Below are positions 21,048 to 33,102 of a stretch of DNA of 64,000 bases, in pieces. Under the pieces are notes generated by a model that saw only the letters and a list, made by a program, of their open reading frames with translations, was not told the origin of the DNA and did not search any database. The position numbers and the translations under genes were made by a program. This DNA is from Azolla caroliniana (lineage: Eukaryota > Plantae > Polypodiophyta): positions 10,416,001-10,480,000 of the forward strand of contig JBHGNT010000017.1 in the NCBI GenBank assembly GCA_043228905.1, read 5' to 3'. Position 1 is the stretch's first letter. Each line of letters begins with the position of its first letter.

Positions 21048-23454
21048 GCGGCCATCAACTCTGTCAGAGGCAAGGAGGCTCGGAAGATATGGATGGCAGT
21101 GGCGCAATGGCTCACCCTATTGGCGCCACTGATCGAGCCCGTCAAAACCACGAAGCGGGGAAGAACAGCCAAAGGCACCCCGAAAACGGCCTCGAAACGG
21201 CAGCAGTTGTTGGCCTCGAAGGCAACCAAAGGGAAGGCGGTCGACACGGACCAGGCGGCAAAGGAGCGCGCCAATAGGAAGCGGCAGGTGGAAACACAGG
21301 AGCAACCACTGGCACGGCCAATCAAGATCAGGCTTCACCGACCGGTACAACAAGCATCGGACCCCTTGGCGGCGAAAATCAACATTGAGACTCAGGAGGA
21401 GGAATCGGAGGAGGAACCGTTAGAGCACCTCCAGCAACACTAGAAGGCACGCACCTCCAAACAGGCCAGGGAGCGTTTGGACCCAAAGAAGGATGGAACG
21501 CCTATACCCCACACTGAGCAGCCCGCACCAAGGATGGAACCGGAACCGGTTCGGACAAAACCGGTCACAGAGCTCCCTACACAACAACCTCTACTGGCAG
21601 GTCAGGATACGGCAAGACCCAAAATGCAAGCGTCGGAAGTACAGTTTCCTACCCTACCGGCAGGCCAAGAGCATTCAGAGGTGGAGCGGCCAACAGAGCC
21701 GCACCCACAGAATGGCAAAGTGGTCACCAACAAGAGCCAGAGTTGCAGCTCGACGCAACCGGACGCAACCGACCACTGGCCAGCGACACCAACAGCCAAC
21801 CCTCTGGGCAAACACAACAACAGGGCACCGGTAGCCAATGGCTCCGATGGATTGGAGAACAGATTGCCGGAGTGGTACACTACATAAAGGCGGAAGAAAA
21901 AGCGTAGATGGACCGCTTGCTCGTCACAACTGGAGAACTAGAGACGGCCCAGTCAAGGATCCGGAGGTTAGAACAAGACTTGGACCTGGCCATAGAAGAA
22001 TTGGCCAATATGGCCTTAATTGGACCACCGATCCAAGCACCGGTGACTCCGGTAGATGTACAGAATAAAGAAACATCAACACCTGTACATAGCAATAAGA
22101 CCCCAGAGACAGAACCAGTCCCGGAGATAGTGGCGGCGCAAGCAAAAGAGCTTGCTGAAATGAGAGATGAACTGGCCGCACAAGAAGCACTTCGCACCCG
22201 AGATCGGGACTTGAAGAAAGTGGCAGAAGAAGAGCAAAGAAAGACTGCTGAGAACCTCCGCCGGGCAGAAGAGAATTTGCGGAAAGGACATCAGGCATAT
22301 GACCAACTGAAGGAGGAGAAAGAGAAGGCACTACAAGAAAAGGAGAAGTTGCGATAGATGGCGGAAATAGAGATAGAAAGACTTAAAGAAGAACTCCGTC
22401 AACAGAAGGATCGGGAAGACTGCGCTCGCCGGCAACTCAACCAAGAGCTGAAGCAGAAGACCGATGATTTTGAGCACTTGCATCGGGACTACAAGCACTT
22501 GGATACGGAGCATAAGAAATAGCAAGAGAAGATGGCAGAGCTCCGGCAGGAGGTGCATCAAGCCGAGACGGCGCTAGCGGAGGAACGGGCTGAAAGAACC
22601 ACACTGCTGGAAGAAGCCGCGCAAGAACGGATGGAGCTCCATAAGCAGCATTATGAAGAGAAGGAAGAGCGACAATGGTATTGCAGAGGTTGCAGACCAC
22701 CTATCAAAACCAATTGTCACATTACCGAGAGCAGGAGGCGGATACGGTGGCACTAATCAAGCAATTGAAGGACGACCGGCAAGCCGCGGAGGACAAATCG
22801 AAGATGGGATTGGAGCGGATCCAGTTCATTGTCCAGGCATGGAGGAACAATACAAAACGCTTGATTGATGAAAGCTTCGTGCAATGGTGGGACAAATGGG
22901 CAAAGCACACAGCCGAGATCCAGTTGCTAAGGGCGGATGGCAACGACTGCTACATGCTAACAAAGGAGGGCTTCACCGTCGTAAGAGATGAGTTAGCCGA
23001 AGATTTTGTAACTCTGGCGGAGGAACAGTCAGCAGTGGTCCGACAACTGGTAGCACAGCTAGACGATGATCGGTTGGATGCTCAAATCCAGTTTGAGAGT
23101 TATGAGCGGACCAGGCTACGGAGAGAAGAAGCAAAGCAGGCGACGATCGTCAACCTCAACGATGAGGAGTCATCACCGGAGCAAGGACCGGACGGAGACA
23201 AGGTCGGGGCGAGTCAACCGGAGTCAAATCCGGCGGAGCAGCTAACGGAGGAATCACCGCAACAACCGTCGGTACCGGGAGCCGAACAGACGCCATCTAA
23301 GGAGCAACAGTCAGAGGAGTCGGAGCCACAACAGCAACCACAACCACAACAACAACAGCCACAACAACAGCCACAACAACAACAACAACAGAGTTCCGAA
23401 CAACCATTGAATACCCTGGAGCGGAGTATTCTGGATATCTTGGACGACGGCTAA
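20730..23454 (+). pseudogene. Accessory (extra) ORF downstream of integrase: coiled-coil protein with Q/P/E-rich tail
   Basis: Consecutive + strand ORFs 20730-21443, 21477-21887, 21908-22357, 22532-22756, 22675-23454, E/K/Q/R-rich and broken by stops and frameshifts. Confidence 0.65.
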
Positions 23455-26400
23455 GGGATGGATAGTGGGATTCGACATACAAGGTACTGTCCCATGGGCG
23501 TGTCATGTGTTACCCGGTCGGCAAAGGAGTTAAAAACCAGAATGTGAAAAGGATGGTTATTCAAAATCTATTTTAATTAAGTAGAATAGATTATAATTAA
23601 GTAGTGAATGGACGGACCGGAATCGGTATGCCGATCCGGGTCTGGACCAGTTCCAAACAGGTGCCAGTTGGCACCGTTTTTGTACTTAGCACCGGTGACC
23701 TATATAAAGGCCCGATTACAATGTAAAACTTTAACGGAGAATTAATATAAGCTTCTTGTTTATCTTCACGTATTGATTACCGTTCTGTATTAATTGTTAT
23801 ATCTTACACGTGTATTAAGTGATTGCCTTATTGCTAAGTAGCCAATTAAGTCAGATTAATCGTTGTGTCTTAAGTTATCTCACCGTAACACCCCTTTGGT
23901 GAAGTGTCTTCCGGAGACACCTTGTGTTAGGCCATTGTCCGGCTCTAAGGATTAACACAAGCAGCCCTAAACCCAAACGTCGTCGATTAGATCGAAAGGA
24001 TGGTCGAGGGTTGGTAAAAGACACGGCTCCCCAACCTACCCCTGCGGTAGTAGCCGAGGCGGAGCCCACGCAAGTGTTCAAAGAGATACCACGGTCCCAG
24101 TCAAGCTTGACTAGTAATACAAAGAGAGGAAAAGGCATCCTCATGACCAATAATGTCGTAATGGCCTACCCGGAGATGGTAGCCAAGGCCCATGAATTCG
24201 AAGCTCTGCTCCAATTCAACGCCTCATTCGAAAACATGGAGTTCTTGGCCACGCAACAAGTCAAAGTCTCGCAATGCATGGCAGAGGAGCACGCGGAAAG
24301 GCAAATGATTGAGCGAGTGTTGGCCGGAATGGTAGAACGAGAGGAAGAACGCGCTCTAAGTAAGATCGGCCGAATGCGGAACGTGGATGAGGCTCGTATG
24401 GGAATCGAGTTGCCCCCATTAAACATCGTCTTTGTGGAAGTTCACAGGGAGCTCTCCACAGTGTGGAACGGCGCGAAGGATATGGTTCGTAAGAACAAGA
24501 CGGTGAAGAAGGCAGAAAAATACACCAAGCAACAAGTTGAGGAGGCCCAAAAGACTATCGCGGAATTGAAACACCGCCTACAAGAAGCCACAACCTCAAC
24601 TACCACTGTATCCTCCCTTACACCAGAACTACAAAAACTCCACGATGAGGTCGAAGCTCAGACGCCGATAGCGACCAAAGCAAAAAAAGTGGCGGAAATC
24701 GCCGAAATGGAAATCGAGCGACTCCGCTCCGAACTCTGACAATCATCGGATCATGAGACGGATATCTAGGCCAAGGGATGAAAGGTCGTAAAGACGATCC
24801 AAGAGAAGTTAGATGCCAAAATTACGGCTCATGCAAAGACGACCGAAGAGCTCCAAAAGAAAAAGGAAGAAGTTAGTCAATCTGAAGGGATCATCATGAC
24901 ACTGTAAGGGGCCGGTCAGAAAAAATGCCAATGGTACAGGACTCGGGTGATGAATGGCAAGAGGATCTTGATGCAAAATGGAGAATAGTTGATGTGGAAG
25001 TTTTTGAAGGAGTCTTATTTACTTTCAGTTTTCAAAATGATGAGTGAAGATGGTGGCGGAGGTAGAAGCAAGGTTTTATGAGGGTGACGAGAGTGGATTA
25101 ATTTTGTTTTGTGTATGTATAGGAAATTGCTGAAAATAGAGAGTTCACGACTCGGGCAATAACTAGCAAGATGGATGTTGTGGAAAGGAAGCTGATTTAT
25201 TTTTGAAAGGATGAGTGAGGATGTTATCGAGGGTTGTAGCAAAATGTCATGAGTGGATGAGGACAACTAATTTTTTCTTTGTTGTCTATACAGCAATTTC
25301 ATGGAAAATGGAGAGATGGTTAATGTGGAAATATTTTGAAGCACATTTATTTGTTTTTAGTTTATACAATGATGAGCGAAGATGGTGGCGGAGGCAGAAG
25401 CAAATTTTCATGAGGGTCTCAAGGGAGTGGATTGAGTAGAGAACCAGTATTTTCATATGGTCTAGAAAGATTGGCTACACATTATTCATTGTAATGTTGG
25501 ATTATTTTGTATCTTGCCTTTGGCTATTTTAATCTTAATACTAATGGAGGATAATTTTTATGGAAAAAAAAATGTCAATGGTATGATGAGCAAATCAAGA
25601 TCGAGTGACAAATGACAAGAGAGGTCGATTTGCGCTTAGAAAATGAAATGGACCGGCTCGAGGAATTGTACGATAAAGAATCGAAGCTATGGCAAGAGGT
25701 AAAATCACGGTACGAAGAAAACACGGCTTCCAACGCAAGCAAAATTTCGCACCTTAAGACGGCTCTCGAGGAGATGCGGACACACACAGAGATGAAGACC
25801 AAGCGCATAGAGACCGTCTTAGAAACGAAGCGCAGAAGATTCACGGAACAACTTCAAGCGGTGCTGAACAGAGGATGAGCCGAATGGGCAAAGCAGGCCG
25901 TAGAGCTCCACATGTAGCGGGCCGACCAAGAGACTTGGCAGAAAGATGAGAAGGGCTTCTACAAGCTTAATGAGGAAATCATTGCCACGGTCTGTGAGGA
26001 CCTTACGCAAGATTATCAAGCCCTAGCCGACCACCACTCCGAGGAAATCACACAGTTTCTCGAGGATTTCGGGACAGCCAGCTCGACACCTCCCTCCAAC
26101 TCTAGGAAATCGAAAACGAGCAGAAGAAGGAAAAAGGGTGGCCGCCATCATACTCCTCGACAGTGACTCCGAGGAGCACACAATCGAAGGACCCCAACAA
26201 CCTGAAGAAGAAATCTCGAAGGTTACTACGACGCCACATCCACCCTTGGATGCATGATTGGATTCCCTCAGTGCCACGACGGAAGATATGGTTGAAGACC
26301 CTATGCAAGAAACGTCGCACGAGGAGCTAACACAAGAAGCTAACGCACACGGCAAATGAGATTCAAACAGAACAGGCGCCAACCATCATATCAACAAAAG

Positions 26401-27194
26401 AAGGCTTGCTGCAAGAACAACCGCAAGAGGTTGCACTAGAGCCGACAAAACCCATCGGCCTCCCCGCACCAGAAATGATGAAACAGACCCCCCCCCATCC
26501 GAATTTGCACCTACGACGACGACCACGACACCCCCCGTCATTTTGTTAGAGACGGATCGTCTCGAGCCGAACATCCTGGACATCTTTGATGACGAATGAA
26601 GGTTTTCTGTGGGTTCGACCCTGTAAGCACTATCCCACAGGCGTGCCATGTGTTGGCCGCCTTGGACGAAAAAGTGGGAAAGGTCGAGTAAGAGAAAAGA
26701 AAAAGGGACGGTTACGACAAACAAAGAAGACAGGTGGGCCATAACATAATGAAGAGGGAGTAACATGCGTAGCATAGGGACAGTCGAAGCGTGATTACTA
26801 TTTTTAAGAAAAAGTAACGGTTCATGCGCCGAGCGTAACCGACCATAACCCTGTATAAAAAGGGCATAGAAAACTTGTAATACAATGCGATAATTTTGTA
26901 TTCAAGTATATGCAATATAGTTTTTGTTGGCCAACTCTCTATTTATCGTAACTCTTGTGTTTGTTTCCGTGTCGAGTTCATTTACAGTGTTGAGTCATAT
27001 ACGTTGTGTATGTTGTTGTGTAAGAGGTCGGTTGTAGCCGTCTTCCTAACCTCCAAAGTATCCACAACTAAGTTCACACTTACGACCTCAGGGTAGAGTC
27101 ACCCATACCATGGTTACGACGTACTCGGAAGCCCTAAACCACAATACCCCTTGAGTTGAACCTGAAGGACTGAGGATTCGGCACCGTGTCACCT

Positions 27195-27525
27195 TAACTG
27201 GTAACAGTAGTTGCCTCTGTAACTAAGTGAGTAAGAAAGAGACACACAAAGATAGTGAGAGTTGTAACTCCGCCGCCATCTATTAGACGAAGGAGAACCC
27301 AAGATCATTTCCTTGAAGGTTCTCGTTGTATTCCTCTGGATATAGTGATTCAATTCGGACTTTGTGGGCTCTCGTGGGTTTTCCCATTTCGGCTTTTCCA
27401 TGTAAACATCTTGTGTCTCTATACGTGAGTTTTCTATTTTCTGTTATTCTTGTCATCTCGATCTTTGCACATGCACACATTTGTACACGAGTGGAAACCG
27501 GTTGTGGCCAGTAGAATTCTCGACA
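27195..27525 (+). repeat. 3' half of a copia (Tork-like) LTR
   Basis: GGGTTTTCCC...TTTTCCATGTAAACATCTTGTGT resembles the minus-strand LTR motif at about 42800-42850; ends ...CTCGACA. Confidence 0.5.
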
Positions 27526-28529
27526 ATATTTATACAAATACAACTTTTTGGGCTCTTTACAAATATAGTCTCCAAAATCAGCTATTAAATCTATTATTCG
27601 ATTTCGGCCTTGACCGAATTTCCTGTCGACTCTCTATTTTTTTGGCTCGTACTCTTCCCATTCGGAGGGACATGTTTCCCAACAAGAAAATGGGTAATTA
27701 CTATACAAGGATAATATAACAAATCAAATATATAACTCAATGATAATTAACACCACATATAAGGTGGGGGTTTGGCTTTATAAAATATTCTATATGTTCT
27801 TTCTTAAAAGGAAGAGGGATATCTAAAGTACTATGTATCCCCACAAGCGCAGTGTGTGTGTGTTCACACACAACTTATGCTTAAGCTCGAGTTCTCGACA
27901 AAAACTTCCTTTATGTATGTAACATAAGGTTTCATACTTCTTTTCTCTATGGTTGATGCTAAATATTGATGGTGATGTTGACAGTAGCAACCACAAATTA
28001 TTATTCCTTTGAGAATACATTTCATGATAAGATCGTGATTCAAACATTTCACTTCTCCATTTTGATTTTGAGTATAAGAAATTGCTAGCGCATGATTCAT
28101 TCTCTTGATAAATTTCCCCCAACTTGTCTTAGGTGAATTGATCTGCTTGAGTAGTTTGAAGAACATTTAGCGTAAGTTTGATTTTCATCTCTGCTATTGG
28201 ATATTGGATCTAGCAGTTTGAAGATACTAATCAAAAGGAAATGATGATTGGTTTGCAATTATTGGAGTTTAAGAGAGGTAAGGTCACCTCAAAATCCCAA
28301 TCTATGACAAGGCAAACCTTTAATAAAGGATGTGAGATAGCTTTATAAATGGTGTTAACATCTTTAACCCACTTAGTTATGTAGTCAATTACTACAATGA
28401 TATATATATATATCTTTTTTTTTTCTTTTTCTTTTTTTCCAAAAAAAACTCCTTCCATTAGTTATAAAATTTTACAAATGAGACGATTATGTACAAATCC
28501 CTAAAGGGACGCGATAATTCCATCTTATG

Positions 28530-30590
28530 TGGATGCCTACTGACTCAAGAAAGGGAGAGGACGACCATTGTTGGATGAAGGCTATGCGTTGTCTTTCAAC
28601 TCCCTCGGAGCCGCCCTTAAGGCCATCATATTGGCTCTTTAGAGTGGCTACAATTTCACTCCATATCTCTTGCAGTAACCTTGTTGGATGGGCGGTTTGG
28701 TTGGAGAAGACTCGCCTACATCGTTGTTTTCATAGAATCCAAAGGGTTATTGGGTTGACCAATTCTAACACCTCTTGAGATTTGTCATTAAGAGGAATAG
28801 AGTGGACATTGCCACTGGAGGAGAAAAGGACCTCTTGTGCTTTTATCACCAAAGTCATCCCCTCCTCCTGATGCTCGTATCGGCCAATTGCAGCCTGCCA
28901 TGATAGCCAACATATATTTCCCCACTTGATTGAACCTTGCACCTGGCATAATTGCAACAAGCGGCCAACCCCCCGCCATATTCGATGGGATGTTGGGCAG
29001 TCCCATAGAGCGTGTCTTATGGATTCTACTGCATGTGGGCACTCTACACAATTAGGAGAGCTAAGGTTCCCACGTTGCCATGCTCCCACCGGTAGGGACT
29101 TATGTATTAGCAACCATTGGAAAGTGGTAATTCGCCTCGCGTGTTGTTGCTTCGAGATTTTCTGCCAAAACTTGGTGATTATTGCGAAGGGAACTTGAAA
29201 TGTGTGCCAGACCTTCGCAACAGCCGGTTCTCGGGTGGCTTGAGCAGCTAGAATGTGGCGACCCAATCTAGTTGTGAATTGGAAGAAAGGGATGGGTTTG
29301 CTTCCTTGCCCCACGTAGGGATCACGCCATGTCCATTGCAAAGGGTCCCAACTGACCTTACGTAGCCATGTGTTTTCATGAGTACATATATGCCACTCGG
29401 GTTGTACTTTGATCGGATCAGGATCTACAATCCATTTATGACCAGTGTACGTGAGTACTCGAATGGTGTTATTATGTGTTGGTGTCTCAGTGTCTCGCAA
29501 TTCAGGGCCTTCGAGTCTATCTGGTGATCCCCTACCTCTTGGGATCAGAGAACCCTCCTCCTCGTGGCCTATCCATTTCTCCATTGTCTTCCTTTGAGTA
29601 GCAGATTCCCTAATCAGTAGAGCGTTAATGATTTCCGATCTCATAGTCCATCCGCCCCTGATTCCATGGAGTATGTTCGCTTGATCTTGTAGTGGCATTT
29701 ACATAAACCGTCGCCAACATTCTATACTTTTGCCTGGACCTTTTGCAATGTATCCCCATGACAACCCCTTACGTGATCCCAGTAGTTGATTAGATTCATC
29801 CTTGAGACATGGGTTCCATAGGATATGTTGACTGAGCCAGGCAGGTTCGAATCTCGATTGATCACACTTGAGCCCTCAACGAATGTCACACCATGCCTTC
29901 CACATGGATGCACTGAATCTATCCTCCAAATGGCGGGAGAAACTAGGTTTGAGATCCATGTTTAGAATCCATCCCGTTTGGGGGGCCCAATTGACCCCTT
30001 TTCGTGGCCTAATGTAAGCTAAACGTAACCTTAGTAGCATTTTCCAACAATCATTTCCTGGTTGGAATCATCACACCACAAATTTGGCAAGTAAGGCTTT
30101 CGATTGTGAAAGGGGATCAATAAGACCCAATCCCCCTCTCGACTTAGGCGCTGTGAGTATAGGCCACGCCACCTTGGCGCGAGCTACATGGTCTTCTTTA
30201 CCAAACCAAATGTAGTTGCAGACCAGTCATTGAATCTGATGTATACTTTCCTTGGAGATTGTCCAGCATGATAGACTGTACCATGCTGTTGCGAGGAGTA
30301 CCTGATTTGCCACTATGATGCGACCTGCTAGCGACAATTTTTTCGAGCTCCAATGTATTAACTTTTGTCGAATGGAAAGGATAACGGGTGCAATCATAGT
30401 CTCCGGCGGTATGTTGAAACCAATTTGGAAGCCCAAATATTTGGTGCTCACTCCTTGATTGATCCATTTGAAAGTGGGGTGTGGGTGCCACGCCGGATGT
30501 GTTTCCTGAGAGAGCCATATTGCATAGGATTTGTGCCAATTGATCATGGCGTTGGATCTCTTGCAAAATAAAGCTAGCCCACTTTCTGCC
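28530..30590 (-). mobile_element. L1-clade LINE ORF2 3' fragment (RT C-terminus + zf-RVT)
   Basis: INWHKS, KYLGFQIG, LSLAGRIIVANQVL, AKVAWPILTAPKSRGGLGLIDP, and the zinc finger CVECPHAVESIRHALWDC. Confidence 0.88.
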
Positions 30591-30827
30591 CTAGTATATT
30601 GATTCCTATTTCTCTAGGGAGCTAAATCCACTATAGGATTCCTTGGTCCCAATCAAAGTGGCATATATTTCTTTGTTTTGGAATGCATCACATGACCTAC
30701 ATCATGCTTGAATACATTTTTGTACTATAGTGGGATGACAACATTCCTTGACATTATGTAGTGGGAGAGTCTACACAAGTCTCTACATGCTTGATGAATA
30801 AATTCCCAAATATTTTGTTTTCCTTAC

Positions 30828-31395
30828 TAGCAATGGGCACAGTTCGATTTCAAGGCAAAGAAACCGAACCCGAACCGTTTATATAAAACAAAAACCAAAC
30901 TAAACCGTTTATGAACTCTCAAGTTTTTAAACCAACCCATTTTAGAGAAAATAAACCAAATCATTTAACCCGAAACCGTTTAGGGAAAAGTTGAAACTAA
31001 ACCGAACCATTTAATAAAAAATTTAACCTAATCATTTAACTCAAATTAATTAAAAGTCTAAATAAACAAAAATACATGAAACTAAATAAGCATTTAAGTT
31101 AAATTTATTAAATCAATAAAAGAAACTTTAATTGAGCCATTAAATTAAATAAACATTTAAGTTAAATTAATTAAATAAAAAAACCATTAAATTAATAAGC
31201 TATTAAGGTAAAATAAAGTTAACCAAAAACCTATAAACTTGAGTTTTAGAACCGAACCTTTTATCGAAAATCCAAAACAAACCAAACCATTAAATGTTTT
31301 TGGAACCAATAAACCGTTAAACCATGGCTTAATGGTTCAATTAAACCGTTTAAACCATGGCTTAACGGCTCAATTAACCATTCCATATTTCCCTA
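30828..31395. repeat. AT-rich non-autonomous (MITE/hAT-like) element with AACCG subrepeats
   Basis: Repeated AAACCG/TTAAACC motifs between TAGCAATGGGCA and TTTCCCTA. No clean TIR or TSD. Confidence 0.35.
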
Positions 31396-31946
31396 AATGG
31401 TGTAGGACCTTTCTTTTGATCATATAATGAGATGTCTTTCTAATTTGCCACTTGTTTTGAATGAGCATGTAATCATCAAGAAAGAAGGTCTCCATCTAGA
31501 TAAATGCTCGCATCTTGAAGCCAATCAACATCTTTATAGTAATCTAATATGTTGATTTGCTTTATCATTTCCCCCCCTTCAATTGTTCTTCAACTAGATC
31601 ATAGTTGGCCTCCTTGTTTTCTTGCCTTAGGATATGTTGACTTCTACTCTATCAAATAATTACACAAGTCATTTGACTTTTGGATGATGTTATGAATATT
31701 CTTCTTCTTGCATTGTTAAACCCATGAGATTTTCTCATCATCGACATTGAATTCCCTTTTATGATGAGTTCTTTTGAGCTTCGCCTCCCCATATAACTTC
31801 ACATCATCAAAGAGACGTATAACACATTTTGCATCTTTGTAAGTTTTTTAACATTCATCACAAACAATTACTCTTTCTCTTCCTATGTAAAGAAGGAACC
31901 TATGTAGAACTAGGAGCATTTTGAAGTTCATATTGGACATCTTCCC

Positions 31947-32260
31947 TATTGAGTGACAAGCTCAACATGAGCCGAATCGGTTAAAGGCCAAAGGGCCGAG
32001 TTGGTTGAAGAAGCCATTAGGGCCTACATTCCTATTTTGGTAATAGGAATATTATAAGCAAGTTAGTGTCTCAACTCATAAGTGAGAATTACGTACTTGT
32101 GTTAGCCCACTGTTAGGGGCTTGTATATTAAATGCTTTATGAGCACATTGTATGTACTGAGTGATATATCGTAATAGAATTTTGTTGTCAGCTTACTCAG
32201 TCTCTCTATCTCTCTGTACTTACTCCATCTCCATAACCATTCTCTGTGTATTCCTAACTG
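31947..32260 (+). repeat. Decayed solo LTR of the small-LTR copia group
   Basis: Starts TATTGAGTGACAAGCTCAACAT (compare TGTTGAG..CAAGCTCAAC in the other copies) and contains ATGAGCACATTGTATGTAC as in the LTR at 37363. 3' end uncertain. Confidence 0.7.
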
Positions 32261-32795
32261 TCTAATGTTGTCCGGCTAAGTTGCTTTGTTTGTAAAGCTT
32301 CCACACTTCTTTTTACATTCCCAAACGATTCTCTCTCAACCGACATAAGTGGAATGAACTCTCCATTGAGGTGCTTTTGGAATTTCCCTACAATATTGTA
32401 TTGATAAATCATAAAAAGCATGCCAAGAATACAACAATTCTGAAACTCTCTCGTGGGCCACAGATAGTAGATGCCAACCAATTCAATTTTGAAGAAACCT
32501 TGAGGTGATCATACCCGTATGCTGATGCCTACTTGTCAGTTAAAAATAAAAAATTGATGCTGTCCTCAGAAAGTCATATTGGCCGAGGTAGAATGGAAGT
32601 CATATCGTTATTGGCGGTGCTCCTGGAGACTCTTCTTTTGGATTGTGGGTGGGGTGGGTGTGGATGCACAACTAACTCATGCATGCATGCATGCGTGGCT
32701 CATATATTATTTCAAAATGCTGGCTGTTCTTTATTTATGAAGGAAGGAAGGAAGGAAAGCAAAGCAAAGCAAAGCAAAGCACCGCAACAGACTGT

Positions 32796-32883
32796 TCCCT
32801 CCTTCTCCTTCTCCTTCTCCTTCTCCGTCTCTAACCAAGGAGAAGGAGAGACGGAGAAGGAGAAGGAGAAGGAGAAGGAGGGA
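32796..32883. repeat. Perfect 37-bp inverted repeat (pyrimidine arm / purine arm), 14-nt loop
   Basis: TCCCT(CCTTCT)4CCGTCTCT at 32796-32832 and its exact reverse complement at 32847-32883. Confidence 0.95.
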
Positions 32884-33102
32884 TGGAGTGCGCCTAAGAC
32901 AAAGGAGCCGACACCACTGCTCCATCCATGTATGTACATCATAAGTTATACCGTACCATCTCCTTCTCTCCCGCAGTTGCCAATGACTGTCACCAGTCAG
33001 TCTGCTTCAATAGATAGATGCTTCACAATCATATATGAAATTCAGCACAATGAGCGCCATCGTTGGGTAGATCATCACTTGGATTTGTCCTTATGAAATG
33101 TG

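Larger units (their letters stand above)
19764..27190 (+). mobile_element. 3' portions of gypsy family A elements: integrase C-terminus, long accessory coiled-coil ORFs and LTR-like regions
   Basis: 19764-20297 reads GKLRFWWTGPYWI...GKWVNGFRLKPY (integrase end). Broken ORFs follow at 20730-23454, 23924-24900 and 25612-26599. TATA-containing noncoding blocks at about 23500-23900 and 26650-27150. Confidence 0.75.

Noticed and set aside
23455-26670. Hammerhead or HDV-like ribozyme in the conserved post-ORF motif
   Set aside because: No CUGANGA/GAAA core or nested double pseudoknot recognisable.
27530-28500. Short minus-strand ORFs in an AT-rich segment
   Set aside because: No recognisable domain apart from a tiny integrase-like scrap (VVIDYITKWV); too decayed to call.
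32533-32931. Upstream part of the 187-aa ORF as a separate gene
   Set aside because: Composed of microsatellite and hairpin translations (SFSFSF, EKEKEK); only the part from ATG 32932 is plausible, as the PPR leader.
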